64,000 bases of DNA from an uncultured Candidatus Rokubacteria bacterium (GTDB lineage Bacteria; Methylomirabilota; Methylomirabilia; Rokubacteriales; DASRDR01), in assembly GCA_963708025.1 (NCBI GenBank), contig CAVPSB010000015.1, positions 96,001 through 160,000 of the forward strand, in the 5' to 3' direction. Both the position numbers and the translations under genes were made by a program. This document shows, piece after piece, positions 1 through 9,378 of this stretch. The stretch's first letter is position 1; each line of letters begins with the position of its first letter. The notes under the pieces are model-generated. The model worked only from the letters and a program-made list of their open reading frames with translations. It had not been told where the DNA came from and did not search any database.

Positions 1-663
1 CGCGGGGTAGAAGCTCACCGTCGCCAGGTCGCCGAAGGTGCCGACGCTGCGGCCTCGGTAGGAGGCGCCCACCGCGTCGCAGCAATCCTCGATCAGCCAG
101 AGGCCTCGGCGCCGGCAAAAATCGGTGACCGCGTCGAGGTCGAAAGGGTTGCCCAGGGTGTGGGCCAGCATGACCGCCCGTGTCCGGACCGACCACGCCG
201 CCTCGAGCTGACGCACGTCGACGTTGTAGGTGGGGATGGTGACGTCCACGAACACCGGGACGAGCTGGTTCTGGACGATGGGATTCACCGTGGTGGGGAA
301 GCCCGAGGCGACGGTGATCACCTCGTCGCCTGGTCGGAGACGCCGCTCGCCCAGCTTGGGCGACGTCAGGGCCGAGAGCGCCAGGAGGTTGGCGGACGAG
401 CCGGAGTTGACCAGGACCGCATGACGGAGGCCGAAGAACCGGGCAAAGGCTTGCTCGAATTCGTCGGCGAAGCGGCCGGCGGTCAGCCAGAAATCCAGCA
501 CGGCGTCGACCGCACCGGTCAGCTCGGCGCTGTCGAAGACCCGGGCGGCGTACGGGACCGGTGACCGCCCCGGGATGAAGGACGCGGGGGGAAAGGCCGC
601 GGTGTAGTATTCTCGGACGAGCCGGAGGATGTGCTGGCGAAGCGCCTCGGCCTCACCGTTCAT
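1..663 (-). CDS. rfbH: CDP-4-dehydro-6-deoxyglucose 3-dehydratase (RfbH/DdhC, DegT/DnrJ PLP family); runs off the left edge of the window
   Basis: Not in the ORF track; hand translation of the minus strand from ATG 663 gives [20 protein letters not shown]...[10 protein letters not shown]...[11 protein letters not shown]...[21 protein letters not shown]...[10 protein letters not shown]...[10 protein letters not shown]...[14 protein letters not shown]. Confidence 0.92.
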   Translation of the reverse strand, partial: MNGEAEALRQHILRLVREYYTAAFPPASFIPGRSPVPYAARVFDSAELTGAVDAVLDFWLTAGRFADEFEQAFARFFGLRHAVLVNSGSSANLLALSALTSPKLGERRLRPGDEVITVASGFPTTVNPIVQNQLVPVFVDVTIPTYNVDVRQLEAAWSVRTRAVMLAHTLGNPFDLDAVTDFCRRRGLWLIEDCCDAVGASYRGRSVGTFGDLATVSFYPA

Positions 664-860
664 GGGCAGCGACCCGATGATGCCGCGGGAGGGCGTCTCC
701 GAGGGATTCGTGAAGGGGCGGAGACCTTCATGACGGGCATGACGGGCCGATCCGGCGACCCGCCGGCTCTCTCCGCACAGGCGGCGCGCCCCACGCGAGG
801 ATTATGAGTATGCGGCTTTCGCGTGTCAAGGAAGGGACGGTCGGGTGAGCGGAGCCGGCG

Positions 861-2651
861 ATGGATGACACGCGGGCGAGCGTGGCACGCCACGACGGAG
901 CGCCGGCCGCGGCGCCCGCGTCCGCGGTCTGGGCCAGCGACGTCGTCGCCGACCTGCTGCGGGCGCTCGGACTGCCCTACGTCTGCCTCAACCCGGGGGC
1001 GAGCTTCCGCGGCCTGCACGACAGCCTGGTCAACCATCTCGGCAACCGCGATCCCCGGATGCTGCTGTGCCTGCACGAGGAGCACGCGGTGGCGATCGCC
1101 CACGGCTGGGCCAAGGTGACCGGCCGGCCCCTCGGCGTGATCGTCCACGCCAACGTCGGCCTGATGCACGCGACCATGGCGATCTTCGACGCCTGGTGCG
1201 ACCGGGTGCCGGTGATCGTGCTCGGCGCCACCGGCCCGGTGGACGCGGCCCGGCGCCGGCCGTGGATCGACTGGATCCACACCGCGCGCGACCAGGGCGC
1301 GCTGGTGCGCCACTACGTCAAGTGGGACGACCAGCCGGCGTCCGTCGCCGCCGCCCAGGAGGCGCTGCTGCGCGCGGCGCAGATCGCGAGCACGGCGCCG
1401 CGGGGGCCGGTCTACGTCTGCCTCGACGCCGCGCTGCAGGAGGCCCGGCTCGATTCGCCGCCGCGCCCGCCCGAGGTCGGGCGCTTCCGCCCGCCGGTGT
1501 CGCCGCCGCCGGCGCCGGAGCTGGTGCGTCAGGCGGCGGAGTGGCTCGGCGCGGCGCGGAGCCCGGTGATCCTGATGGGGCGGGTCTCGCGCGACGAGGG
1601 CGCCTGGCGGGAGCGCGTGGCGCTCGCCGAGAGCCTGGGCGCCGCCGTGCTCACCGACCTGAAGGTCGGCGCGGCCTTTCCCACCGACCATCCGCTGCAC
1701 GCCGCGGCGCCCGGCATCTTCCTGTCGCCCACCGCCGCGGCCGAGCTGAGAGCCGCCGACGTGGTGCTGAGCCTCGACTGGGTCGACCTGGCCGGCACCC
1801 TCAAGCAGGCCTGGGGCGCCGAGGAGATCGGCGCCCGTGTGATCCAGGTCTCGCTGGACCAGCTCGTCCACAACGGCTGGAGCATGGACCACCAGGGCCT
1901 GCCGCCGGCCGACCTCTATCTCCTGAGCGAGCCCGACGTGGCGGTGCCGCGGCTCCTGGAGGCGGTGCGGTCACGAGTCCCGCGGCCCCGGCCCCGGACG
2001 GCAACGCCGGTGGCGCCGGCCGGCGCACCGGCCGACGGCCGCATCGCCATCGGGGACCTCGCCCGGACGCTCCAGCAGGCGGTCGCGGGCGAACCCGTGT
2101 CCTTGCTGCGGCTGCCCCTCGGCTGGTCGGGCGAGCTGTGGCACTTCCGCCACCCGCTCGACTACCTCGGCAGCGACGGCGGTGGCGGCATCGGCTCCGG
2201 CCCGGGCATGGCGGTCGGCGCGGCGCTGGCGCTCCAGGGCGGGGGGCGGTTGCCGGTCGCGATCCTCGGCGACGGCGACTACCTCATGGGGCTCACCGCG
2301 CTGTGGACGGCGGCCCACGCGCGGGTGCCGCTGCTGGTGGTGGTCGCCAACAACAACTCGTACTTCAACGACGAGCTGCACCAGGAGCGGGTGGCGCGAG
2401 TCCGCGGCCGGCCGGTGGAGAACCGCTGGATCGGCCAGCGCATCGCCGATCCCGCCCCCGACCTGGCGCTGCTCGCCCGCGGCCAGGGGCTGGCGGGCAT
2501 CGGCCCGGTGGAGAAGCCCGAGGCGCTCGCCCCAGCGCTCGCCGAGGCTGTGGCCCTGGTGAAGCAGGGCCAGGCCTGCGTGGTGGACGTGCGCGTCGCC
2601 CCCGGCTACGGGCCGTCGAGCGCCCTGACCCGCGGCGAGCGCCCGGGCTGA
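861..2651 (+). CDS. Thiamine pyrophosphate-dependent enzyme (acetolactate synthase/benzoylformate decarboxylase-like)
   Basis: NPGASFRGLHDS, LCLHEEHAVAIAHG (catalytic Glu), TPP motif GDGD...NNNS. Confidence 0.9.
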   Translation: MDDTRASVARHDGAPAAAPASAVWASDVVADLLRALGLPYVCLNPGASFRGLHDSLVNHLGNRDPRMLLCLHEEHAVAIAHGWAKVTGRPLGVIVHANVGLMHATMAIFDAWCDRVPVIVLGATGPVDAARRRPWIDWIHTARDQGALVRHYVKWDDQPASVAAAQEALLRAAQIASTAPRGPVYVCLDAALQEARLDSPPRPPEVGRFRPPVSPPPAPELVRQAAEWLGAARSPVILMGRVSRDEGAWRERVALAESLGAAVLTDLKVGAAFPTDHPLHAAAPGIFLSPTAAAELRAADVVLSLDWVDLAGTLKQAWGAEEIGARVIQVSLDQLVHNGWSMDHQGLPPADLYLLSEPDVAVPRLLEAVRSRVPRPRPRTATPVAPAGAPADGRIAIGDLARTLQQAVAGEPVSLLRLPLGWSGELWHFRHPLDYLGSDGGGGIGSGPGMAVGAALALQGGGRLPVAILGDGDYLMGLTALWTAAHARVPLLVVVANNNSYFNDELHQERVARVRGRPVENRWIGQRIADPAPDLALLARGQGLAGIGPVEKPEALAPALAEAVALVKQGQACVVDVRVAPGYGPSSALTRGERPG

Positions 2652-2679
2652 CCCGCGGGCTCGAGAGCGTGTGAAGGAA

Positions 2680-2775
2680 TCGGGATTCTCCGGCTCCCCC
2701 CTCCCCCCAGCCAAAGGCCGAAGGCCGTCCATGAGTAGGGGAGGGGGGCTGGGGGGGGTGGGCGGGAGGTCCCAA
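2680..2775 (+). repeat. G/C-rich palindromic intergenic element, copy 1
   Basis: TCGGGATTCTCC...CCCCCCTCCCCCC...GGGGAGGGGGG...GGGAGGTCCCA; related to copies at 3613, 10212, 20372, 30051, 50114; internal GGCCGAAGGCC mini-hairpin. Confidence 0.75.
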
Positions 2776-2781
2776 ACTGAG

Positions 2782-3603
2782 ATGCCGGCAGCGCGCGGTG
2801 ACGGCGGGAGCGTCGCGCTGTCGATCCGAAACGTCAGCAAGCGCTTCGGTCGGGGCGCCGACGCCATCCACGCCCTCGACGACATCTCGCTGGAGGTGAG
2901 CCCGGGAGAGCTCCTGGCGGTGATCGGGCCGTCGGGGTGCGGCAAGTCGACGCTGTTCAACGTCGTCGGCGGCCTGATCGACGACTACCAGGGCGAGATC
3001 CGGGTGGACGGCCGGCCGGTGCGTGGTCCGCAGCGCGACATGGGCATGGTGTTCCAGGAGGAGTCGACCTTCCCGTGGCTCACCACGCTCGAGAACGTGA
3101 TGTTTCCCCTGGAGGTCGGCGGCGTCGCCCGGCCCGAATGCCGCGCCCGTGCCCGGGAGCTTCTGCGGCTGGTGGGGCTGGAGGAGTTCGCCGGGCGGTA
3201 CCCGGCCGAGCTCTCCGGCGGGATGCGCCAGCGCACCGCCATCGCCCGGACGCTCGCCTTCGCCCCCCGGATCCTGCTCATGGACGAGCCGTTCGGCGCG
3301 CTCGACGAGCAGACCCGACTGCTGCTCGGCGACAAGGTATTGCAGATCCAGAGCGAGCTGGGCCAGACGTCGCTCCTGATCACCCACAGCCTGACCGAGG
3401 CGGTGCAGCTCGCCGACCGGGTGGCGGTCATGACGTTCCGGCCGGGACGCATCAAGCGGGTGGTCGAGATCGACCTGCCGCGGCCGCGCACCTCCGAGAT
3501 CGTGGCCAGCGCCGAGTTCGGGCGCCTGGTCGGGCTCCTGTGGGGAGACCTGCGCGAAGAGGCCTCGCGCGGCCTCTCCGAGACCGAAGCCGCCGCCCGG
3601 TAG
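2782..3603 (+). CDS. NitT/TauT-family ABC transporter ATP-binding protein
   Basis: Walker A GPSGCGKST, signature LSGGMRQR, Walker B LLMDEPFGALD, H-loop ITHS; start uncertain (in-frame GTG at 2671 also possible). Confidence 0.93.
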   Translation: MPAARGDGGSVALSIRNVSKRFGRGADAIHALDDISLEVSPGELLAVIGPSGCGKSTLFNVVGGLIDDYQGEIRVDGRPVRGPQRDMGMVFQEESTFPWLTTLENVMFPLEVGGVARPECRARARELLRLVGLEEFAGRYPAELSGGMRQRTAIARTLAFAPRILLMDEPFGALDEQTRLLLGDKVLQIQSELGQTSLLITHSLTEAVQLADRVAVMTFRPGRIKRVVEIDLPRPRTSEIVASAEFGRLVGLLWGDLREEASRGLSETEAAAR

Positions 3604-3612
3604 CGATTCGGA

Positions 3613-3717
3613 TCGGGTGTCCAACTCGCCCTCCGACTCCCCCCTCCCCCCCGGTGGGTGGGGGAGGGGGGCCAAAGGGCCGAAGGCCGTCGAACAACAG
3701 GGTAGGAGGGAGGATTC
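3613..3717 (+). repeat. G/C-rich palindromic intergenic element, copy 2
   Basis: Core CCCCCTCCCCCCCGGTGGGTGGGGGAGGGGG plus GGCCGAAGGCC; ends in GGGAGG just before ATG 3723. Confidence 0.8.
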
Positions 3718-3722
3718 AAGTA

Positions 3723-4688
3723 ATGCACAGCATGAAGTCCATCGTCGCAGTGGCGCTCGGTCTGCTGATGCTGGCGGCGCTGCCGGCCCAGGCCCAGGCG
3801 CCCGATCGGGTCAGGGCCGCGATCGGCCAGCGCGGCAACTGGGACACGATGGTGGTGCCGCAGGGGATCGAGGCCGGCTTCTTCAAGAAGGAGAACCTCG
3901 AGGTCGAAATGACCTGGACGCGCGGCGGCGCCGAGACGCTGCAGGCGCTCATCACCGGCAGCGTGGACGTCGACCTCGCCAACGGAATCCTCGGCGTGAT
4001 CGGCGCCTACGCCAAGGGCGCGCCGATCCGGGTGATCAGCGCCGAGTTCACCGGCGCCCACGACCTGTTCTGGTACGTCAAGGCCGACAGCCCCGTGAAG
4101 TCCATGAAGGACATGGACGGCCGGACCATGGGCTACTCGCGCCCGGGCTCGTCCACGCATCTCGTCTCGCAGTCGCTGGCGGCGGCGGCGGGCGTGAAGC
4201 CCCGCTTCGTGTCGGCCGGCGGCGTGCCCGACAACCGCACCCAGGTCATGTCGGGCCAGATCGACGCCGGCTGGTCCATCCCCCCGTTCAACCTCGAGCT
4301 CCTGGCCGAGGGGAAGATCCGCGTCATCGCCCGCGGCGGCGACGTGCCGGCGCTGTCCGCCCAGACCGTCCGGGTGAACGTGGCCAGCCTGAAGTTCCTC
4401 ACCGAGCGCCGGGACGTGGCGCGCCGCTTCGTGAAGGCGTACCCGACACGATCGACTGGATGTACAAGAACCCGGAGGCCGCCATCGCCTTCTTCGCCAA
4501 GTTCAACAGCGTCTCGCTGGACATCGCGAAGCAAGACCCAGGAGTCCTACCCCCGGCAGGCCATGGCGCCCGAGCCGGTCGCGGGCCTGGAGCAGACCCT
4601 GGCCCAGGCGCTCGAGTACAAGCAGCTCGACAAGCCGATGAGCGTCCAGCAGGCGCAGGGCCTGTTCGACTTCGTCTACAAGCCGTAG
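3723..4688 (+). CDS. NitT/TauT-family (NMT1/SsuA-like) ABC substrate-binding protein with two compensating frameshifts near 4442 and 4531
   Basis: Signal peptide ...AQAQA; GIEAGFFKKENLEVE, GGAETLQAL, YSRPGSSTH; the native-looking segment TIDWMYKNPEAAIAFFAKFNSVSLDIAK lies in another frame (ORF 3617..5041). Confidence 0.88.
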   Translation: MHSMKSIVAVALGLLMLAALPAQAQAPDRVRAAIGQRGNWDTMVVPQGIEAGFFKKENLEVEMTWTRGGAETLQALITGSVDVDLANGILGVIGAYAKGAPIRVISAEFTGAHDLFWYVKADSPVKSMKDMDGRTMGYSRPGSSTHLVSQSLAAAAGVKPRFVSAGGVPDNRTQVMSGQIDAGWSIPPFNLELLAEGKIRVIARGGDVPALSAQTVRVNVASLKFLTERRDVARRFVKAYPTRSTGCTRTRRPPSPSSPSSTASRWTSRSKTQESYPRQAMAPEPVAGLEQTLAQALEYKQLDKPMSVQQAQGLFDFVYKP

Positions 4689-4816
4689 GGGCGGGGCAGT
4701 TAGTTAGAGCCCCTGACTCCTCCATCGGGCAAGGGCGAGAGAGGAGGTTCTCGCGCATCCGACGACAAGAAGCGGCAGTAACGAATAGACATGCGAAATG
4801 GGTTGAAGCCTACGAG

Positions 4817-4836
4817 GTGTATCCTTTTCGATACAC
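4817..4836. promoter_or_regulatory. Perfect inverted repeat GTGTATC-N6-GATACAC, candidate transcription-factor site
   Basis: 7-bp perfect arms with a 6-bp spacer, ending 20 bp upstream of a TTGACA -35 box. Confidence 0.55.
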
Positions 4837-4856
4837 TGCATCGAAACGCGAATTCC

Positions 4857-4885
4857 TTGACAGGATCTGCTCCGCTTGCTACCGT
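4857..4885 (+). promoter_or_regulatory. Sigma70-type promoter for the secreted-protein cassette
   Basis: TTGACA (4857-4862), 17 bp spacer, TACCGT (4880-4885) preceded by an extended -10 TG. Confidence 0.6.
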
Positions 4886-4902
4886 CGCCTGCACTTCAGC
4901 CG

Positions 4903-4922
4903 TTCGATTATTTTCGATTATT
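4903..4922. repeat. 10-bp direct repeat TTCGATTATT x2 in the presumed 5' leader (candidate regulator site)
   Basis: Exact tandem copies at 4903-4912 and 4913-4922 in an AT-rich stretch. Confidence 0.55.
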
Positions 4923-4943
4923 ATAGAACATGGGGAGGGCCAC

Positions 4944-6413
4944 ATGTCTGCCTGTCTCCCATCCCTTCGGTTGCTCCTCACTGTTCTCGGCGCGCTCGCC
5001 CTTGCGCCGATCATCGTCGCACCATGCGCAGCGGCGGCTGACTATTTCCTGCATACCACCCAGGCGGACATTCTGGATCAAACGAGTCCGACCGCAACGA
5101 CCGCCAAGCTCAAGGATTCTCCCGCGGTCAACCGGACGACCTATCAGCCGATCGGAACGTGGTCGGGGGCGCCGACGAACCAGGCCCGCCAGCTGGACTC
5201 GGTCAGCGCGGTGCACGTGTGGGTCGGCCTCAAGAACAGCGACGACCAGGGCACGTATTTCGACGTGCGGGCGGAGGTCCGAAAGAACGGGGTCGTGGTC
5301 GCCTCGGGCGAGACCAAGAACATTCAAGGCGTCACCCGGAATCCGGATCTGGCGAAGGAAGTGGTGGTGGCTCTCGGGCTGACGTCCCCGGTCATGTTCG
5401 ACGCGGGCGACGTCCTGTCGCTCAAGCTCCTCGCAAAGGTGGCCGACAGCGGCGGCCATGCGAACGCGGTCGGCCTGCGGGCCTACTACGACGGCACCAG
5501 CCGCGCCTCGCGGTTCGGGGCCACGCTCACGGCGGCGGCAAGCCTCCAGATCGCGATCACCAGTCCCATGGACGGTGGCGTCCTCCCGGAGCCGGCCACG
5601 CTGGTGGAGGGGACGCTGACCGGTCCGCCGGGCACCGGAGTGACTCTGACGATCACTCTGACCTTCCAGGAACAATCCTTCGAGCTCCCCATTCCGGTTC
5701 AGCTCGCCCAGGGCCGATTTGCAGCCTGGGTTGCCTTGACGGTGGGAGCCAATCGGCTGGTCGCGCGGGCCACCGCACCGACGGGAGCATCGGCCGAGAG
5801 CGCAGCCTCCGTCATCGTGCAGGCGGACGATCCCGAGCTGACCCGCGTGCCCCGGCCCGATGTGTCGCCCACCGTCGGCTTCGCGCCCCTGGCGGTGACC
5901 TTCGGAGGCGTCGCCGCGGCGGCCCCCGAGGTCGTCGTCCTCGACCTCGACGTGGACAGCGACGGCGTTCCCGATTACACTCTGGCCCACTTCGCCACGC
6001 CGCCCCACAAAGTCACGCACGTCTACTCGACCGAGGGTCTCTATATCACGACCATGGTGATTCGGGATGCGACCGGGCAATCGCGGACGACGCGGGTCCC
6101 GATCAACGTCATCCCGGTGCCGGATCTTGGCGCCATCTGGCGTGCCTTCCAGGCGGCGCTGGTTTCCGGGGACATCGACGCGGCGCTTCAGTATGTCGCG
6201 GTAGAAGCCCGCGATCGGTACCGAAGCGCGTTCCTGAATCTGCAGTCAGACCTCCCGAGCATCGCGGCCGCGTTCCAGACGCTGACCGTTCAGGTGATCA
6301 CGAGCGGCTACGGGACGGCCTCGCTCGTCCGGATCCGCGATGGGCTCTCCGAAGGCTTCTTGATCCATTTCGTGCGTGACGGCGATGGCGTCTGGCGTAT
6401 CGCGAGCATGTAG
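4944..6413 (+). CDS. Secreted multidomain beta-rich protein (Ig-like plus PKD-like plus probable C-terminal NTF2-like domain)
   Basis: GGGGAGG RBS; signal peptide; ITSP...TLVEGT...LTVGANRLVARAT (Ig-like); GFAPLAVTF...DVDSDGVPDY...HVYSTEGLY (PKD-like); C-terminal WRAFQAAL..GDIDAAL...FVRDGDGVWRI. Confidence 0.7.
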   Translation: MSACLPSLRLLLTVLGALALAPIIVAPCAAAADYFLHTTQADILDQTSPTATTAKLKDSPAVNRTTYQPIGTWSGAPTNQARQLDSVSAVHVWVGLKNSDDQGTYFDVRAEVRKNGVVVASGETKNIQGVTRNPDLAKEVVVALGLTSPVMFDAGDVLSLKLLAKVADSGGHANAVGLRAYYDGTSRASRFGATLTAAASLQIAITSPMDGGVLPEPATLVEGTLTGPPGTGVTLTITLTFQEQSFELPIPVQLAQGRFAAWVALTVGANRLVARATAPTGASAESAASVIVQADDPELTRVPRPDVSPTVGFAPLAVTFGGVAAAAPEVVVLDLDVDSDGVPDYTLAHFATPPHKVTHVYSTEGLYITTMVIRDATGQSRTTRVPINVIPVPDLGAIWRAFQAALVSGDIDAALQYVAVEARDRYRSAFLNLQSDLPSIAAAFQTLTVQVITSGYGTASLVRIRDGLSEGFLIHFVRDGDGVWRIASM

Positions 6414-6420
6414 GTTGGCG

Positions 6421-7089
6421 ATGTGGCGCGCGGGAATGGCGGTGCTCCTCGCCGTCATCGTTCCGATTGCCTGTGTCGCGGCGGCACCGGCGTTCTACTC
6501 CGGCGCCGCGATTCGGGGCCGCGTAGTGGACGCCGAGAGCCAGCAGCCCCTCGAAGGCGTCCATGTCGTTACCCAGACGGTTCTCAGCACCGGATTCTTA
6601 CACGGGCAGCACGTCGAGCGCTTCCACGTGGCGGAGACCGTGACGAACGCGCGGGGCGAGTACGAGCTGCCGGCATGGGGACCGAAGCCGCGGCCGTTCC
6701 TGTCTGAGCTAGACTATGGCGATCCGCGATTGACGTACTTCAAGCCCGGCTACCGTGCCGAGTTTCGAGGCAATCCGGCCAGCGTCCCGAACGACAACTC
6801 GGTGAGAGCATCCCAGTGGGATGGCGCGACGATCCCCCTGACCCAATTCCGGGGAGCGCCCGAAGAGTGGGCTCGAGAGCTCCGAACGTTGCAACGGAAT
6901 CTCGCGTGGGGTGTCCTTGTCGGAGACGTCGTTCGCCGACGCAACGACTATTGGAAAGCGATGCCAACAATGGTGTGGACGATCGAGGCAGCTCGCCGTG
7001 AGTTGCCAGAGCCGATGCGTTTCATTCCGTTGGACCTTGAGAACTGGGACATCACGGAGCCGGAGTTGAACGCCCTCTTGCCACGATAG
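6421..7089 (+). CDS. Secreted protein with a carboxypeptidase-regulatory-like (transthyretin-like) domain
   Basis: Hydrophobic N-terminus; IRGRVVDAESQQPLEGVHV...ETVTNARGEYELP...YFKPGY. Confidence 0.7.
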   Translation: MWRAGMAVLLAVIVPIACVAAAPAFYSGAAIRGRVVDAESQQPLEGVHVVTQTVLSTGFLHGQHVERFHVAETVTNARGEYELPAWGPKPRPFLSELDYGDPRLTYFKPGYRAEFRGNPASVPNDNSVRASQWDGATIPLTQFRGAPEEWARELRTLQRNLAWGVLVGDVVRRRNDYWKAMPTMVWTIEAARRELPEPMRFIPLDLENWDITEPELNALLPR

Positions 7090-7100
7090 GGGTCTGCTCA

Positions 7101-9281
7101 ATGAGATTCCATCCGCGGCGCTTCACATGGCTGTCCGTCGCTTCGCTTCTCGCAGTGACAGCGTCGCCGGTGGCCGCGTACGAGTTCGATACGCACGAAG
7201 CCATGTCCGCGGCAGCGTTCCAGCTCAGCTCGCTTCCGTCACGACTGTCGGCCTATGGCATCCGAGTCGGTGACCCGCTGCCGGGACGGGTCAGGATCTT
7301 CCGGTGGGAGCGGCTGAGACCAATCGAGTGGGTCGCTCAAGGTGGCCGAGACGAGGACTGGCCGGACGTGCGAGTTATCAACCATTTCTACGATCCGTAC
7401 AATGACCGCGGGTTCACTGGCTTCGGACAGTTCGGATACAGGGCGCCGGACTGGGCCCTCGAGGACACGCGCGAGTTCCCGGATCAGAACCACTCGTACA
7501 GGGATGCGCGGGCCGCCTTCTACCTGGGCCTCACCGACCGTGACCGGGCGACGCGGGAGCGGAGCCTCGGCTACACGTTCTACGCGCTCGGCCACGTGAT
7601 GCACCTGATTCAAGACATGGCCCAGCCTCAGCACGCCCGCAATGACCCCCATCCGACCTTCTCATCACGGCGGAGCCTTTTGGAGGCATACGTTGACGAG
7701 CTCGTCAATGCGGGCCGGTTCGATCCAGCCGGCGACGTTGCGCCGAGCGCGATTCTCGGCAAGATTGGACGAGTCCGCGACCTTTGGGCGACGGGGACCG
7801 GAACGGCGATGGGGCGACTCGGCATGGCCGCGTTCACGAACGCCAGCTTCGTCTCGGCGGGCACCAACTTCAACGACCTACGAGGTGGAGCCACTGGTGG
7901 CGGCTACCCAGACCCGAAACTCGACCTCCTACAGATCAGTTCCCCCACGCCCAACGCACAGTGCAAGGATGGTGTGCGGCCTCCCTTGGGCTTCCCGCTC
8001 ACGTTCTACGGGAATCGCTTCAGTGATCCCATCCAGGGCGGTGAAATCGAGAACGATCGGATGACGACGTACTCCATCTTCGATCAGCATCTCCACGCGC
8101 AGAACGCAGGCCTTATCTTTGCGCTGAATTGCTTCAACCTGGACAGGGTTGCGGATATCCTCGTTCGCCGGGCAGTGTCCTACTCCGCGGCCCTACTCGA
8201 CTACTTCTTCCGCGGGCGGATCGAGGGACGGCTGGAGCCCCCGCGGAACGGCGAGGCTCGTGCACCGCTTCGGATCGTCAATCCGGCCTCGACCCCGACG
8301 GCGCCCGGCGAGCGCCTGACCGGGACCTTCGAGCTCTACTACGACGCGGCGGACGGGATCCGGGTGCGGCAGGCTCGCTGGGAAGACGTTGATCTTACAC
8401 CCGGCGCTCAGACCGACCCCCTGTCGATCCCCGACCCGCCGATGGATCAGCCAGCCCCGGTCGACCCGGCCCGCTACCTGCTGGTCTTCCGGGGGAAGCT
8501 CGGCGAGGAATCCGACGCAGTGACGGCCACCCAGGTAGACGGCCGCGTCTGGTATCTCCAGCTCGGCTCGCAGACGCGCGATCATGGGGCGCTCGTCGAG
8601 TATCCCCCCATGGTCCTCGAGCCCGGGCCGATCCTCTCGGGGACCCTGACACCCGTCGATCCGGCGGCGGTGTTCGACGGGACGGCGTACGTCGTCATGG
8701 CGGGGGCCGGTCGCACGGCGACGCTGGAGTACGTGTTCACGTGTGGCGGCCCCGAGTTCACGCCGATGGGCATCCAGACCCCGCGGGGCGAAGGGCGCTC
8801 CCTCATGGCGTGGTATCGAGGGCCGGCGGCGATGCGCGGCGATACGGCGGTGCTTTCGGTCAGCGGTCAGGACGAGACACTCACCGTCGAGGGGCAAGGC
8901 TACGTCAGCTCGTTCAGCCCCGTGACGATCGAGGTCGTCCGGTTCGCGGCGCCGGCGTCGCCCGAGGCGCTGGCGGCCTTCACGGTCCTGAACCCGCCGG
9001 TCGTGCAGGCCGTGCTGTCCACCGTCTCGGTGAATGCCCCGTCCTTCGTCGAGGTGGGCCCGATCGATCTCCAAGGGGCCGCCTTCGTGGGAGTGCGCCT
9101 CACCGCGGTGCCGACCGCCCCGGGCCCGATCGTTCCCAGTGGGGTCGGGGGCTTCCTGGACAACATCTGCTTTCACGAGATCGTCCCGCGGTTCGGCCTG
9201 GTCAGCCTGCGGATCTATGGGGGCAGCTTCGGCCAGGGACCCCAGGCGACCATCACGCTGAGAATCCAGCCAGCCCCCTGA
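7101..9281 (+). CDS. Secreted Zn-dependent phospholipase C/P1-nuclease-fold protein with C-terminal beta-rich domains
   Basis: Signal peptide ending PVAA then YEFDTH; DED; NHFYDP; LGHVMHLIQD; QPQH; DPH...E, matching the order of trinuclear Zn ligands in the PLC/P1 superfamily. Confidence 0.8.
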   Translation: MRFHPRRFTWLSVASLLAVTASPVAAYEFDTHEAMSAAAFQLSSLPSRLSAYGIRVGDPLPGRVRIFRWERLRPIEWVAQGGRDEDWPDVRVINHFYDPYNDRGFTGFGQFGYRAPDWALEDTREFPDQNHSYRDARAAFYLGLTDRDRATRERSLGYTFYALGHVMHLIQDMAQPQHARNDPHPTFSSRRSLLEAYVDELVNAGRFDPAGDVAPSAILGKIGRVRDLWATGTGTAMGRLGMAAFTNASFVSAGTNFNDLRGGATGGGYPDPKLDLLQISSPTPNAQCKDGVRPPLGFPLTFYGNRFSDPIQGGEIENDRMTTYSIFDQHLHAQNAGLIFALNCFNLDRVADILVRRAVSYSAALLDYFFRGRIEGRLEPPRNGEARAPLRIVNPASTPTAPGERLTGTFELYYDAADGIRVRQARWEDVDLTPGAQTDPLSIPDPPMDQPAPVDPARYLLVFRGKLGEESDAVTATQVDGRVWYLQLGSQTRDHGALVEYPPMVLEPGPILSGTLTPVDPAAVFDGTAYVVMAGAGRTATLEYVFTCGGPEFTPMGIQTPRGEGRSLMAWYRGPAAMRGDTAVLSVSGQDETLTVEGQGYVSSFSPVTIEVVRFAAPASPEALAAFTVLNPPVVQAVLSTVSVNAPSFVEVGPIDLQGAAFVGVRLTAVPTAPGPIVPSGVGGFLDNICFHEIVPRFGLVSLRIYGGSFGQGPQATITLRIQPAP

Positions 9282-9378
9282 CGGCGCCCAGACGATCCTA
9301 AGGCGGTGGCTGACGGTCTGGAGACAGGCGGAACGGCCTTTGTTGGGGTCATTCGAGGCTGGGGCGGAGATCCGACAA

